38,852 bases of DNA from Candidatus Omnitrophota bacterium (GCA_049324655.1 JBMONJ010000173.1:1-38852), one strand, 5' to 3'. Positions 17,797 to 26,853 are shown, counted from the first letter of the stretch. Translations and numbers: made by a program. The notes: generated by a model from the sequence alone, not told the origin.

Positions 17797-19874
17797 AGGT
17801 CCTGCAGATTTTACCCGAGTTGAATGTCGGCGGAGTGGAGACTGGCACCCTTGATTTATGCCGCTATCTTATCACTAAAGGCCATCAGGCAGTGGTGGTT
17901 TCTGGCGGTGGAAAGTTGGTGGAGGAACTAGAGCAAATCGGCGTTAAGCATTATACCCTGCCAGCTAACGAAAAATCCTTGTTTTCCATTTTGCGGATGA
18001 TTGATAAATTAAGCGTGATAATCCGCGAAGAAAAAGTGGCAATAGTTCACGCCCGTTCCCGCGTGCCGGCGTGGGCAACCTTTTTTGCCTGCCGTCGCAC
18101 TAATACCGCCTTTATCACGACCTGTCACGGTTACTATTCACATCATTTTTTCAGTCGGGTAATGGCCTGGCCCAAGCTGGTCATCTGCCCCAGCCGGGTA
18201 ATCGCCCGGCATATGGTGGAAGATTTTGGCCTGCCTCACGAGCGTCTCAGGCTTATACCGCGCAGCGTGAATTTGGAAAAATTTCCTTTCCGAGCGGTTG
18301 ACTCCCGGCCTGCGGAGGAATTTATCGTCGGGATAATCGGAAGGATTACTCCTTTAAAGGGCCACGAATATTTTCTGAGGGCTATGGCCAAAGTTATCCG
18401 GCAGGTTCCCTCGTTAAAGGTTTGGATTATCGGCGATGCGCCAGAGGGCAAACAGGATTATAAACAGGAACTGATGACTTTGGTGCGCCGTCTGGTTTTG
18501 TCAAACTATGTGGAGTTTTTAGGCAACCGTAGCGATATACCGGAATTGCTCTCCCATATGCATTGCTTGGTGCTTTCTACGGTTACCGAAGAGGCCTTTG
18601 GCCGGGTTATCCTTGAGGCGCAGGCTGCGGGGGTGCCGGTGGTGGCGACCAGGGTGGGCGGAGTAGTAGATATTGTAGATGAGGAAAAAACCGGACTCTT
18701 AGTTACGCCCCGCGATCCCGACGAAATGGCTGCGGCGACAATCCGTATCTTTAAGGATAAAACCCTATCCCGGCGCTTAAGCGCAGCAGGCCGCAGAAAG
18801 GTTGAGCAACAATTTACCTTAAAAGAGATGGGGGATAAGACTCTCAAGGTTTATGACGAGCTTTTGCATTTGCAGAATATTTTGGTCATAAAGCTCGGTG
18901 CGGTGGGTGATGTGATTCTGGTGACTCCGTCTTTACGGGCTATCCGCGGGCATTTTCCCCGAGCAAAAATCTTTTGCTTGACGGGAAAAGAAGGCCGCGA
19001 GGTGTTGCAGCGCTGTCCTTTTTTGGACGACTTGATAGTTTATGATTACAAAGAGGCGAACCGCGGCATTAAAGGGCTTCTGTGTCTTGGCCAGCAACTA
19101 AGAAGATACAATTTTGATCTGGCAATAGATTTTCAGAATTCCCGCAAGAGCCACTGGCTTTCTTTTTTAAGTCTGGCACGCCAGCGCTGCGGTTATGACC
19201 GTAAATTCGGTTTTCTGCTTAACCAAAAGGTAAAGTACGACGGTGGTCAACTTCCCGCAGTGGAGCATCAATTTCAACTGCTTCAGGCATTGGGTATAAA
19301 ACCCCAAGACCGGACTTTAAAACTGTGGCCGGCAAAAACGGATGAAGATTATGTTGCCGGCCTCCTTGATTCAGAATGGCTTTCTGAGGTCACCAACATC
19401 GTCGGCATAAACATCGCCGCTTCCGAAAAATGGCTCAGCAAAAGTTGGCCCATAGAAAATATTGTTCGCCTCTGCGACGAGCTTTCCCGGCGTAATATCC
19501 GCGTGGTCTTGACTGGCACTTTAGTGGATATGCCAAAGGCTGAACGGATTATGCGGCTTACCAAATCCAGGCCGGTCAACTTCACGGGCAAAACCACCAT
19601 AATGCAGTTGGCCAGCCTGATAAAAAGATGCAAGGTATATATAAGCGCGGATTCCGCGCCTTTGCATATTGCCGCGGCAATGGGCGCGGCGGTAATTGGG
19701 CTTTTTGGTCCTACCTCGCCACAACGCCATATGCCGCCAGCGGAAAAATTTGCGATAATCAAAGGCAAGGCCGACTGCGCGCCCTGCTACAAGCCGAATT
19801 GCCGTCGGGTAGAATGCATGTATTCGATAGGCGTGGAAGAGGTTCTTGAAGCGATAATGAGATTCCTTGATTAA
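17793..19874 (+). CDS. Fusion glycosyltransferase: GT4 (GT-B, EX7E) N-terminal domain plus GT9 heptosyltransferase C-terminal domain
   Basis: The N-terminal half has GGVETGTLDL and EAFGRVILEAQAAGVPVVATRVGGVVDIV. The C-terminal half has ILVIKLGAVGDVILVTPSLRAIR and ISADSAPLHIAAAMGAAVIGLFGPT. ATGA overlap with the upstream gene. Confidence 0.85.
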   Translation: MKVLQILPELNVGGVETGTLDLCRYLITKGHQAVVVSGGGKLVEELEQIGVKHYTLPANEKSLFSILRMIDKLSVIIREEKVAIVHARSRVPAWATFFACRRTNTAFITTCHGYYSHHFFSRVMAWPKLVICPSRVIARHMVEDFGLPHERLRLIPRSVNLEKFPFRAVDSRPAEEFIVGIIGRITPLKGHEYFLRAMAKVIRQVPSLKVWIIGDAPEGKQDYKQELMTLVRRLVLSNYVEFLGNRSDIPELLSHMHCLVLSTVTEEAFGRVILEAQAAGVPVVATRVGGVVDIVDEEKTGLLVTPRDPDEMAAATIRIFKDKTLSRRLSAAGRRKVEQQFTLKEMGDKTLKVYDELLHLQNILVIKLGAVGDVILVTPSLRAIRGHFPRAKIFCLTGKEGREVLQRCPFLDDLIVYDYKEANRGIKGLLCLGQQLRRYNFDLAIDFQNSRKSHWLSFLSLARQRCGYDRKFGFLLNQKVKYDGGQLPAVEHQFQLLQALGIKPQDRTLKLWPAKTDEDYVAGLLDSEWLSEVTNIVGINIAASEKWLSKSWPIENIVRLCDELSRRNIRVVLTGTLVDMPKAERIMRLTKSRPVNFTGKTTIMQLASLIKRCKVYISADSAPLHIAAAMGAAVIGLFGPTSPQRHMPPAEKFAIIKGKADCAPCYKPNCRRVECMYSIGVEEVLEAIMRFLD

Positions 19875-19905
19875 GTTGCAAAGATCCTCCATCAAGTAGG
19901 TGTAG

Positions 19906-20016
19906 TTTTGGGTATCGGTATGGGTAAGGTCGGGTTGTCGTTCTAGGTGTTGTTCTCGTTTTCGGAACGATAACCGCACCGATAACCAGAGCCAGACGTT
20001 ACCGATACCCAGAACG
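19906..20016. repeat. One-off word foldback (ggtatcgg/cgataacc words)
   Basis: ttttgggtatcggta (5' end) is complementary to taccgatacccagaa (3' end). The inner arms are built of ggttgtcg versus cgataacc words, centred near 19962. Confidence 0.65.
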
Positions 20017-20028
20017 AAAATATTTTTT

Positions 20029-21132
20029 ATGAATATTTTATTTCTCACCACCCACTTCAACGAAGGCGGGATAAGCCGTTACTGTCTGGCTTTGAGCACC
20101 CAGCTTAATAAAATGGGTCACCGGGTATTTGTGGCTTCAGACCGCGGCGGCTTGGTTGAGGAGCTTGAGAAAAACGGGATTATTCATTTTTCTTTGAACC
20201 TCCGTACCAAATCCGAATTGAGCTTAAAAGTTTGGCTTAGCCTTTTTGCTCTTAAAAAAATACTTAAGGATAATGATATTCAAATCATCCACGCCCAAAC
20301 GCGCGTGACGCAAGTGTTGGCCTGTCTCACGCAAAGCTTCTACAAGGTGCCGTATATTTCCACCTGCCACGGTTTTTTTAAGCCGCGGTTTTTCCGTCGT
20401 AAATTTCCTTGCTGGGGTCAAAGGGCAATTGCCATTTCCCGGCCGGTGAAGGAACATTTAATAAAAGACTTACAGGTTCCTGCCGCAAAAGTAGTTTACA
20501 TCCGCCACGGCTTGGATTTTTCGCGGTTTAAGCGTTTCAGCCCGGAGATTATCAATGAATGCCGCAAAGGTTTGGGTCTTGCCGAAGGTCCGGTAGCCGG
20601 GATCATCGCCCGGCTCTCTTCAATTAAAGGCCACGAGTTTTTATTGCAGGCAATGCCGCAGGTATTGCAAGAATTTCCCTTGGCCCAGCTTTTAATCATT
20701 GGCGAGGGAGGGCTAAAGAATAAATTATCGCGGCTGGCCAAAGCATTGGGCTTATCCAAGAATATTATCTTTGTGCCCGCGGTGAAGGATACGGCGGTTG
20801 CCTTGGACCTGATGGATGTTTTTGTTATGCCGTCCCTGCAGGAAGGCCTGGGGCTTTCGGTTATGGAGGCGATGGCCGCGGAAAAACCGATTGTGGCCAG
20901 CCGCGTGGGAGGAATACCGGATTTGATAAAAGACGGTCAGACTGGAATTTTGGTTTCTGCCGGTGATCCCTCGTCGCTGGGAAGCGCCATAATTAGTCTG
21001 CTTAAGGATAAAGAATTGAGGACGCGCTTGGGAGAATCCGCCGGAGAATTCATCAGAAAAGAATATCCTTTGGAGCAAATGGTAGTTGAGACGGAGAAAG
21101 TCTATGCCGAGGTTTTGCGTGAAAGACAATAA
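20029..21132 (+). CDS. Glycosyltransferase family 4 (GT-B)
   Basis: GGISRY near the N-terminus, ARLSSIKGHE, and EGLGLSVMEAMAAEKPIVASRVGGIPDLI (EX7E region). Confidence 0.85.
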   Translation: MNILFLTTHFNEGGISRYCLALSTQLNKMGHRVFVASDRGGLVEELEKNGIIHFSLNLRTKSELSLKVWLSLFALKKILKDNDIQIIHAQTRVTQVLACLTQSFYKVPYISTCHGFFKPRFFRRKFPCWGQRAIAISRPVKEHLIKDLQVPAAKVVYIRHGLDFSRFKRFSPEIINECRKGLGLAEGPVAGIIARLSSIKGHEFLLQAMPQVLQEFPLAQLLIIGEGGLKNKLSRLAKALGLSKNIIFVPAVKDTAVALDLMDVFVMPSLQEGLGLSVMEAMAAEKPIVASRVGGIPDLIKDGQTGILVSAGDPSSLGSAIISLLKDKELRTRLGESAGEFIRKEYPLEQMVVETEKVYAEVLRERQ

Positions 21133-22165
21133 GGACCTAAAACGAATCCTGGTGGTCAATGTCAACTGGCTCGGTGATGTTTTGTTTTCCACGCCCGCCT
21201 TTAAGGCGCTTAAAAGCGCTTATCCCCAAAGTTATCTTGCCGGTATGGTGGTGCCGCGCGTTAAAGAAGTTTTGGAGGATAACCCCTATATCGATGAGTT
21301 GATTATTTTTGACGAGGAGGGTGCGCATAAGTCGCTGTTTGGAAAAATCAGCCTGATTAGGAAGCTGCGACAGAGAAAATTCGACACGGCTTTTTTGCTG
21401 CATCGTTCATTTACCCGCGCGCTTTTGGTTTTTCTGGCCGGAATCCCCAATCGCATTGGTTATTACACCCGCAAGCGGGGATTTTTACTGACTAAGGCAG
21501 TTTATCCCGACACCGCAGAAATCCATCGTATGGATTATTATCTTAAGGTAGTGGAAAGTGCTGGCGTGAAGATTGTTGACCGCCATTATCAGTTTTTCCT
21601 CCAAGACGATGACCGTCGGTTTATCGAGCGTTTGCTTAAAGAAAAGGGCTTGGCTGCGGATGAGCCGTTTGTGGTCTTAAATCCCGGCGGAAACTGGGAT
21701 TTGAAGCGCTGGCCGCCGGAAAATTTCCGTCTTCTGGCCGGGCGCTTGATTCCTGAAACGGGTTTTAAAATAGTGATCTCTGGTGCGGCAGGTGATATAG
21801 CCTTGGCCAAAGAAATCTCCGGTGGAGTGGCCGGGAAAGCGACTGTTCTTGTCGGAGAAACCAATTTAAAACAACTCGGCGCATTATTTGAAAGGGCGAA
21901 AGTGGTGGTGTCGGCAGACAGCGGGCCGGCGCACCTTGCTTGCGCCGTGGGTGCGCCGGCCCTGATTTTATTTGGTCCTACCGCAAAAACGGTAACCGGG
22001 CCGCGGGGAAAAAACCAGTGCGTGATTATCCAGAAATCAATAGCGGGTTGTCGCGTGCCTTGTTACCAGCTTGATTGTCCGGATAATCGGTGTATGCGGG
22101 CAATTGGGGTGGAGGAGGTATTTGAAGAAATTAAGAAGCTTAACAGTGAAAAGATAGTGAAATGA
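21086..22165 (+). CDS. GT9 LPS heptosyltransferase (WaaF/WaaC-like)
   Basis: ILVVNVNWLGDVLFSTPAFKALK and VSADSGPAHLACAVGAPALILFGPT. The start is uncertain because it overlaps the preceding gene by up to 47 nt. Confidence 0.85.
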   Translation: MRRRKSMPRFCVKDNKDLKRILVVNVNWLGDVLFSTPAFKALKSAYPQSYLAGMVVPRVKEVLEDNPYIDELIIFDEEGAHKSLFGKISLIRKLRQRKFDTAFLLHRSFTRALLVFLAGIPNRIGYYTRKRGFLLTKAVYPDTAEIHRMDYYLKVVESAGVKIVDRHYQFFLQDDDRRFIERLLKEKGLAADEPFVVLNPGGNWDLKRWPPENFRLLAGRLIPETGFKIVISGAAGDIALAKEISGGVAGKATVLVGETNLKQLGALFERAKVVVSADSGPAHLACAVGAPALILFGPTAKTVTGPRGKNQCVIIQKSIAGCRVPCYQLDCPDNRCMRAIGVEEVFEEIKKLNSEKIVK

Positions 22166-22178
22166 GGGGATGTATGTT

Positions 22179-22402
22179 GGTTTCGTCAGTCGTCTATCGT
22201 GAAAAATTATTTTTCGAGGCTATGAAAGGCAGAAAGGCTATTAGGCGATTAATGACCAATGCCCAATGTCCAATTTGGAATTGGCGAATTTGACATTGAT
22301 TTGGCATTGGAAATTTGGCATTTGACATTAACGCCATATTGACCTAATAACCCTTTACCCCGGTTGCCTTGTTAGCCTTATATGCCATATATGCTCGCCT
22401 CG
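22179..22402. repeat. Long foldback element IR-B, inverted partner of 14501..14772
   Basis: See IR-A. It lies in a 339 nt ORF-free spacer between two heptosyltransferase genes. Confidence 0.85.
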
Positions 22403-22504
22403 CGGCGAGGTCGAGGGCCGGCAAGGCAGGGAGTCTTTGCGATTTAGCGGTGTAAAACGACTTTTTCAACAGTCTTCTAAACGCGGCCGTCTGAGAAATA
22501 TTCT

Positions 22505-24514
22505 ATGAAAATACTCTTTATAACCTTAAGTAACATCGGCGATGTAATTCTCACTCTTCCGGCAATGGATATCCTGCGCCGCGATTTTCCCGAGGCGCAA
22601 TTTACCGTACTTTGCTCAGAGAAGGCCGCGGATATTTTCCGTAATGACCCACAGGTGGAACTGTTAGTTTTTGACAAGCGTGCTTCAATAAAAGATTATA
22701 TCCGCCTTACCCTTGCTTTGAGAAAGGAATGTTTTGACTGGATATTCGATTTTCGCAATACCGCCTTTCCTTGGTTACTGCGCAGCCAGCGGCACACCTC
22801 TGCGTTTATCAAAATCCCTAAGGACATTGTGCATAAGAAAGGTCAGCATCTTTTCCGGTTAAGATCCATTTATCCCTTTGCCGGCGAGGCGGCGGCAAAT
22901 TCTATTTTTATAGAGGAGAAAGACCGGCAATTCATCGCCGATAAATTGGGAGTTCTTGAAGGACGCAAGTTGGTAGTCATCAGCGCTGGTGCAGCCAATG
23001 AATGGAAGTGTTGGACCGAAGAGGGTTTTGCCGTGGTAGCCGACTGGTTAATTGAAGAATACGCAGTGGCAGCGGTCTTGGTCGGCGATGAGAAGGATAG
23101 GGAGTCAAGCGGCCGGATAAGCGAGAAGATGCGCAACCGGCCGCTTAACCTCTCCGCAGAAACCTCGCTTAAGCAGTTGGCAGTTTTATTGTCCAAAGCT
23201 GATTTGGTAATTTCCAATGACAGCGCAGTAATGCACCTCGCCAGTTACTTAAATGTGCCGGTTGTTGCGTTGTTCGGCCCCAGCAACGAGAAAAGGTATG
23301 GGCCGTGGAGCAGGAAGCGTTTCGTGGTGCGTAGTAATGTGTCGTGTGCGCCTTGCGAAAAATCCGGTTGTGACCAGGAACATGATTGTATGCGCTCTAT
23401 CCCGCCACTGCAGGTTATCAAGGTACTTAAAGAGAATTTCTCCGAACTTAAAGTAGAACTTCCGGCGGCCAGGGATTTTTCTAAAGACAGAAAGCGGATT
23501 CTATTGGTGCGTACTGACCGTATCGGAGATGTACTGTTGACTACGCCGGTGCTTAAGGCCCTAAAGGAATTCTGGCCGTATAGTTATGTGGCGATGTTAA
23601 TCGCCCCGCAAACCCGCGAGATTGTAGAAGGTAATCCTTATTTAGACGAGGTGATGGTTTTTGATAAACAAAAAGGCTGGCGGGGATTTTGGGGGATGGT
23701 TAGGAAGTTAAGAAGTAAGCATTTTGATCTAGCTCTGGTTTTGCATACCAAGCGCTGGACTAATCTATTGTGTTTTCTTTCGGGGATAAAAGAACGGGTG
23801 GGGTATCATAATAATAAATTCGGTTTTCTTTTGACACAAAAGATTCCCGATACCCGGCCACAAGGCAAAATGCATGAAGCTGAATATTGTCTGGCGGCTT
23901 TAAGTAGGATTGGGATTCCGGCGCAATATTCCCCGCCGTTTATGCCGATAAGTTCTTCGGCTGAGATTTGGGCGGACGAGGTTCTGAAAAGTAATGGAGT
24001 GGCGAGAAAGGATTTATTGATCGCCCTTAATCCCGGGGCAAGTTGTCCTTCCAAGCGCTGGAGAGAGGAAAAATGGGCGATTTTGGCGCGGCGCTTGTCC
24101 GAAAAGCTCGGCGCCAAAATCGCCATCATATGCGGCTCTTCGGATATGTCGGTAGCCCAAGAAGTATTAAGCCGCGTATCTTTTCCGGTCATTGACCTTG
24201 CCGGCAAAACTTCGCTTAAGCAACTGGCCAGTTTTTTGCGCCGCGCTAATCTATTTATCACCAATGATTCCGGGCCAATGCATATTGCCTGTGCGGTGAA
24301 CACGCCGGTGGTGGCCGTTTTCGGCAGAAATGAAAAAGGATTAAGCCCAAGACGCTGGGGGCCCTGGGGAAAGCTCTCGACGGTGTTGCACAAAGAAGTG
24401 GGTTGCGAACTTTGCCTTGCCCACAACTGTCAGAAAGGCTTTGCCTGCCTTGAGGCAATTTCTCCTGAAGAAGTGCTGACAGTCGCAGAGCAACTTTTAA
24501 GTAGCTCACGATGA
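22505..24514 (+). CDS. Tandem GT9::GT9 heptosyltransferase fusion
   Basis: Two complete GT9 modules. Module 1 has ILFITLSNIGDVILTLPAM...ISNDSAVMHLASYLNVPVVALFGPS. Module 2 has ILLVRTDRIGDVLLTTPVLKAL...ITNDSGPMHIACAVNTPVVAVFG. Confidence 0.85.
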   Translation: MKILFITLSNIGDVILTLPAMDILRRDFPEAQFTVLCSEKAADIFRNDPQVELLVFDKRASIKDYIRLTLALRKECFDWIFDFRNTAFPWLLRSQRHTSAFIKIPKDIVHKKGQHLFRLRSIYPFAGEAAANSIFIEEKDRQFIADKLGVLEGRKLVVISAGAANEWKCWTEEGFAVVADWLIEEYAVAAVLVGDEKDRESSGRISEKMRNRPLNLSAETSLKQLAVLLSKADLVISNDSAVMHLASYLNVPVVALFGPSNEKRYGPWSRKRFVVRSNVSCAPCEKSGCDQEHDCMRSIPPLQVIKVLKENFSELKVELPAARDFSKDRKRILLVRTDRIGDVLLTTPVLKALKEFWPYSYVAMLIAPQTREIVEGNPYLDEVMVFDKQKGWRGFWGMVRKLRSKHFDLALVLHTKRWTNLLCFLSGIKERVGYHNNKFGFLLTQKIPDTRPQGKMHEAEYCLAALSRIGIPAQYSPPFMPISSSAEIWADEVLKSNGVARKDLLIALNPGASCPSKRWREEKWAILARRLSEKLGAKIAIICGSSDMSVAQEVLSRVSFPVIDLAGKTSLKQLASFLRRANLFITNDSGPMHIACAVNTPVVAVFGRNEKGLSPRRWGPWGKLSTVLHKEVGCELCLAHNCQKGFACLEAISPEEVLTVAEQLLSSSR

Positions 24515-24735
24515 AAAAGCTAAAATGGATAATCGCACGGGAGGTCTTGATACTTATTGCGTTGGGGGTTGTACTTCACCTGCTATTGTCTCTCCTGCAG
24601 AATGTGGCAATAGTTCTGCCGCAGTATCGCTCTCTTTTAGGCGTTAACTTTCTTTACCAACTGGCGATGGCCTATCTCGCTTGGTTTGTCGTCCGTTTTG
24701 CCATTTGGATAACCGGTGCGGTTAGGGATAAATGA
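24511..24735 (+). CDS. Small predicted membrane protein (74 aa, two hydrophobic helices)
   Basis: ATGA overlap with the upstream gene. It has two ~20 aa hydrophobic stretches and I recognised no homology. Confidence 0.45.
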   Translation: MKKLKWIIAREVLILIALGVVLHLLLSLLQNVAIVLPQYRSLLGVNFLYQLAMAYLAWFVVRFAIWITGAVRDK

Positions 24736-24741
24736 GGAGTG

Positions 24742-24770
24742 TTGACGCCTGCCTTAAACTATGGTAGAAT
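24742..24770 (+). promoter_or_regulatory. Sigma70-like promoter candidate overlapping the first ATG of the next ORF
   Basis: ttgacg (24742..24747), 17 nt spacer, tagaat (24765..24770). If it is used, translation would start at the ATG at 24782 on a near-leaderless mRNA. Confidence 0.35.
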
Positions 24771-25705
24771 CTCTCGAAAAAATGGACCTCGGTAAACTCA
24801 AAACTTATTCTCTAAATCGGCGTAAAAGCAAGGTTAATCTTCAGTTATTTGCCCGCTCCCTGCATAAAGGCGCCAGCTTTAAAGAGTTTTATGCCTCTTT
24901 GCCTAAGGTGCTGGCAGCAGAGAATTTGCATAAAGTATCGGCAGCGGTGGTAAACAGCGCCAAGGCCAAAAAAATGGTTATTTTTATGGCCGGCGCCCAT
25001 GTCCTCAAATGCGGCTTAAATCCTATTGTCATCAATTTAATAAAAAGAGGCGTCATCAAGTGCGTGGTCTTAAACGGCGCGGGCATTATCCATGACTTTG
25101 AGCTCGCCTATGCGGGGTTTACTTCCGAGGATGTCTCTGAGGCGATTAAAGACGGCAGCTTTGGCATGGCCAAGGAAACCGCAGAGTTTATTAACACGGC
25201 AATCAAAGAAGGGAATGACTGTGGCCTCGGCTTGGGAAAAAGTGTGGCCGAGGCCATAGATAAGCATAACCTGCCCCACAGAAATTTAAGTCTGCTTTAC
25301 AATTGCCTTAAATATAAAATTCCAGTTTGTGTGCAAGTGGCGATTGGCACGGATATTATCCATCAGCATCCTTCCTGCGACGGGGCAGCCGTGGGCGAGG
25401 CATCGTTACGCGATTTTCATCAGCTCATCGCGCAAGTGGCAAAATTGGAAAAAGGCGTGTTGTTGAATTTCGGCTCCGCAGTGATTCTGCCCGAGGTTTT
25501 CTTAAAAGCCCTGACCGTAGCCAGAAATTTAGGTTATAAGGTAAAGGATTTTACCACGGCAAATTTCGATATGCTTTTCCATTACCGGCCGCAGCAGAAT
25601 ATCGTTTGCCGCCCAACCCAAGGTACGGGCAAAGGTTATTATATCCTCGGCCATCACGAGATTATGCTGCCCCTCTTGGCAGCGGCTGTCATTGAGAAAC
25701 TTTGA
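24761..25705 (+). CDS. Deoxyhypusine synthase (DHS)-fold family protein, function unknown
   Basis: Blocks are collinear with eukaryotic DHS as I recall it: VIFMAGAHVLKCGLNPIVINLIKRGVIKCVVLNGAGIIHDF, KYKIPVCVQVAIGTDIIHQH, GVLLNFGSAV, and C-terminal MLPLLAAAV. Alternative start at 24782. Confidence 0.55.
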   Translation: MVESLEKMDLGKLKTYSLNRRKSKVNLQLFARSLHKGASFKEFYASLPKVLAAENLHKVSAAVVNSAKAKKMVIFMAGAHVLKCGLNPIVINLIKRGVIKCVVLNGAGIIHDFELAYAGFTSEDVSEAIKDGSFGMAKETAEFINTAIKEGNDCGLGLGKSVAEAIDKHNLPHRNLSLLYNCLKYKIPVCVQVAIGTDIIHQHPSCDGAAVGEASLRDFHQLIAQVAKLEKGVLLNFGSAVILPEVFLKALTVARNLGYKVKDFTTANFDMLFHYRPQQNIVCRPTQGTGKGYYILGHHEIMLPLLAAAVIEKL

Positions 25706-25724
25706 ATTATTATGAAGAGCCGTC

Positions 25725-25820
25725 TACACCGCTAAAGCGCAAAATGTCCGCAAAAGCGCAAAGATTTTCCTATCAAAAAGAACTTTGCGTCTTTGCGGGT
25801 TTTGGCGGTTTTGCGGTGTA
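25725..25820. repeat. One-off word foldback (gcgcaaa/tttgcg words)
   Basis: 5' arm tacaccgctaaagcgcaaaatgtccgcaaaagcgcaaag and 3' arm ctttgcgtctttgcgggttttggcggttttgcggtgta. It ends 8 nt before the hldA start. Confidence 0.7.
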
Positions 25821-25827
25821 AAAATCT

Positions 25828-26838
25828 ATGAAAAATCTTAAACAAATAATTTCAGAATTTAACCGCGTCAGGATAATGGTGGTCGGCGACTTGGTTTGGG
25901 ATGAATTTATCTGGGGAAAGGTGGAGAGGATTTCTCCCGAGGCGCCGGTGCCGGTTGTGTTAGAAACCCGCAGGTCCTATATGCCTGGGGGCGCGGCAAA
26001 TGTCGCCAATAACTTAAGGAGTATCGGTTGTGCGGTAAGTCTCGTCGGAAAAGTCGGCGATGATGCGGAAGGCAAAACGCTCCTTGAGGACATAAAAAAA
26101 CTGGGCATTGCGACTAACGGGATCCTGTGCGATAAAAAATCACCTACCATTGTCAAGACCCGGGTTATTGCCCAGCACCAGCAGGTGGTGCGGGTTGATC
26201 GGGAGACCGTAGGCTTAAGTCCTGACTTCGCAAATCAGCTGGCTACTTTTATCATTAAGCAGCTTCCCGCCTTCGATGCGATCATCATTGAAGATTACGG
26301 CAAAGGAGTAATCAATCCCGGCTTACTGCATAAAGTTTTTCCGGTTGCCCGTCAGTTAAACAAGGTAATTGCCGTGGACCCCAAAGAGGATCACTTTGAT
26401 TTTTACGCGGGCGCCACAGTGATTACCCCGAACCGCAAAGAAGCGGAAAATGCCGTGAGTTATCTCAAGATAAAAGACGACCAGAATCGTTTTCGAATGA
26501 ATGTCGCCCGCCTCAACACCGACAAGGATCTTAACTCGGCGGGCAAAGAGTTGCTGCGTTATCTTGATCTGGAAGCGGTATTGATTACCTTGGGCGAGCA
26601 AGGGATGCGGTTGTTTGAGAAGGACAAGCCACCCCTGCATATCGATACTGTGGCGCAGGAAGTTTTTGATGTCTCCGGTGCCGGAGATACAGTAATCGCT
26701 GTCTTTACTGCGGCCTTGGCCAGCGGTGCCGGGAAAAGAGAATCCGCCATTCTTGCCAATTTTGCCGCGGGTATTGTCGTCGGTAAATTAGGCGTTGCTA
26801 CCGTCAGCCAACAGGAATTACTTAAGACTATAAGATAG
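25828..26838 (+). CDS. hldA: D-glycero-beta-D-manno-heptose-7-phosphate kinase (RfaE domain I, PfkB family)
   Basis: VGDLVWDEFIWGKVERISPEAPVPV, ITPNRKE and DVSGAGDTVIAVF. It has the kinase domain only, with no adenylyltransferase domain. Confidence 0.88.
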   Translation: MKNLKQIISEFNRVRIMVVGDLVWDEFIWGKVERISPEAPVPVVLETRRSYMPGGAANVANNLRSIGCAVSLVGKVGDDAEGKTLLEDIKKLGIATNGILCDKKSPTIVKTRVIAQHQQVVRVDRETVGLSPDFANQLATFIIKQLPAFDAIIIEDYGKGVINPGLLHKVFPVARQLNKVIAVDPKEDHFDFYAGATVITPNRKEAENAVSYLKIKDDQNRFRMNVARLNTDKDLNSAGKELLRYLDLEAVLITLGEQGMRLFEKDKPPLHIDTVAQEVFDVSGAGDTVIAVFTAALASGAGKRESAILANFAAGIVVGKLGVATVSQQELLKTIR

Positions 26839-26853
26839 GGATTAAGAAGTATT

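Noticed and set aside
14501-22402. Composite transposon or invertible phase-variation switch as the explanation for the inverted repeat pair
   Set aside because: No transposase, invertase or recombinase gene lies inside or adjacent, since xerC is 1.5 kb upstream and looks like the housekeeping enzyme. I saw no target-site duplication. The enclosed genes are essential-type lipid A genes (lpxK). The repeat pair stays as a finding, but these specific mechanisms are unsupported.
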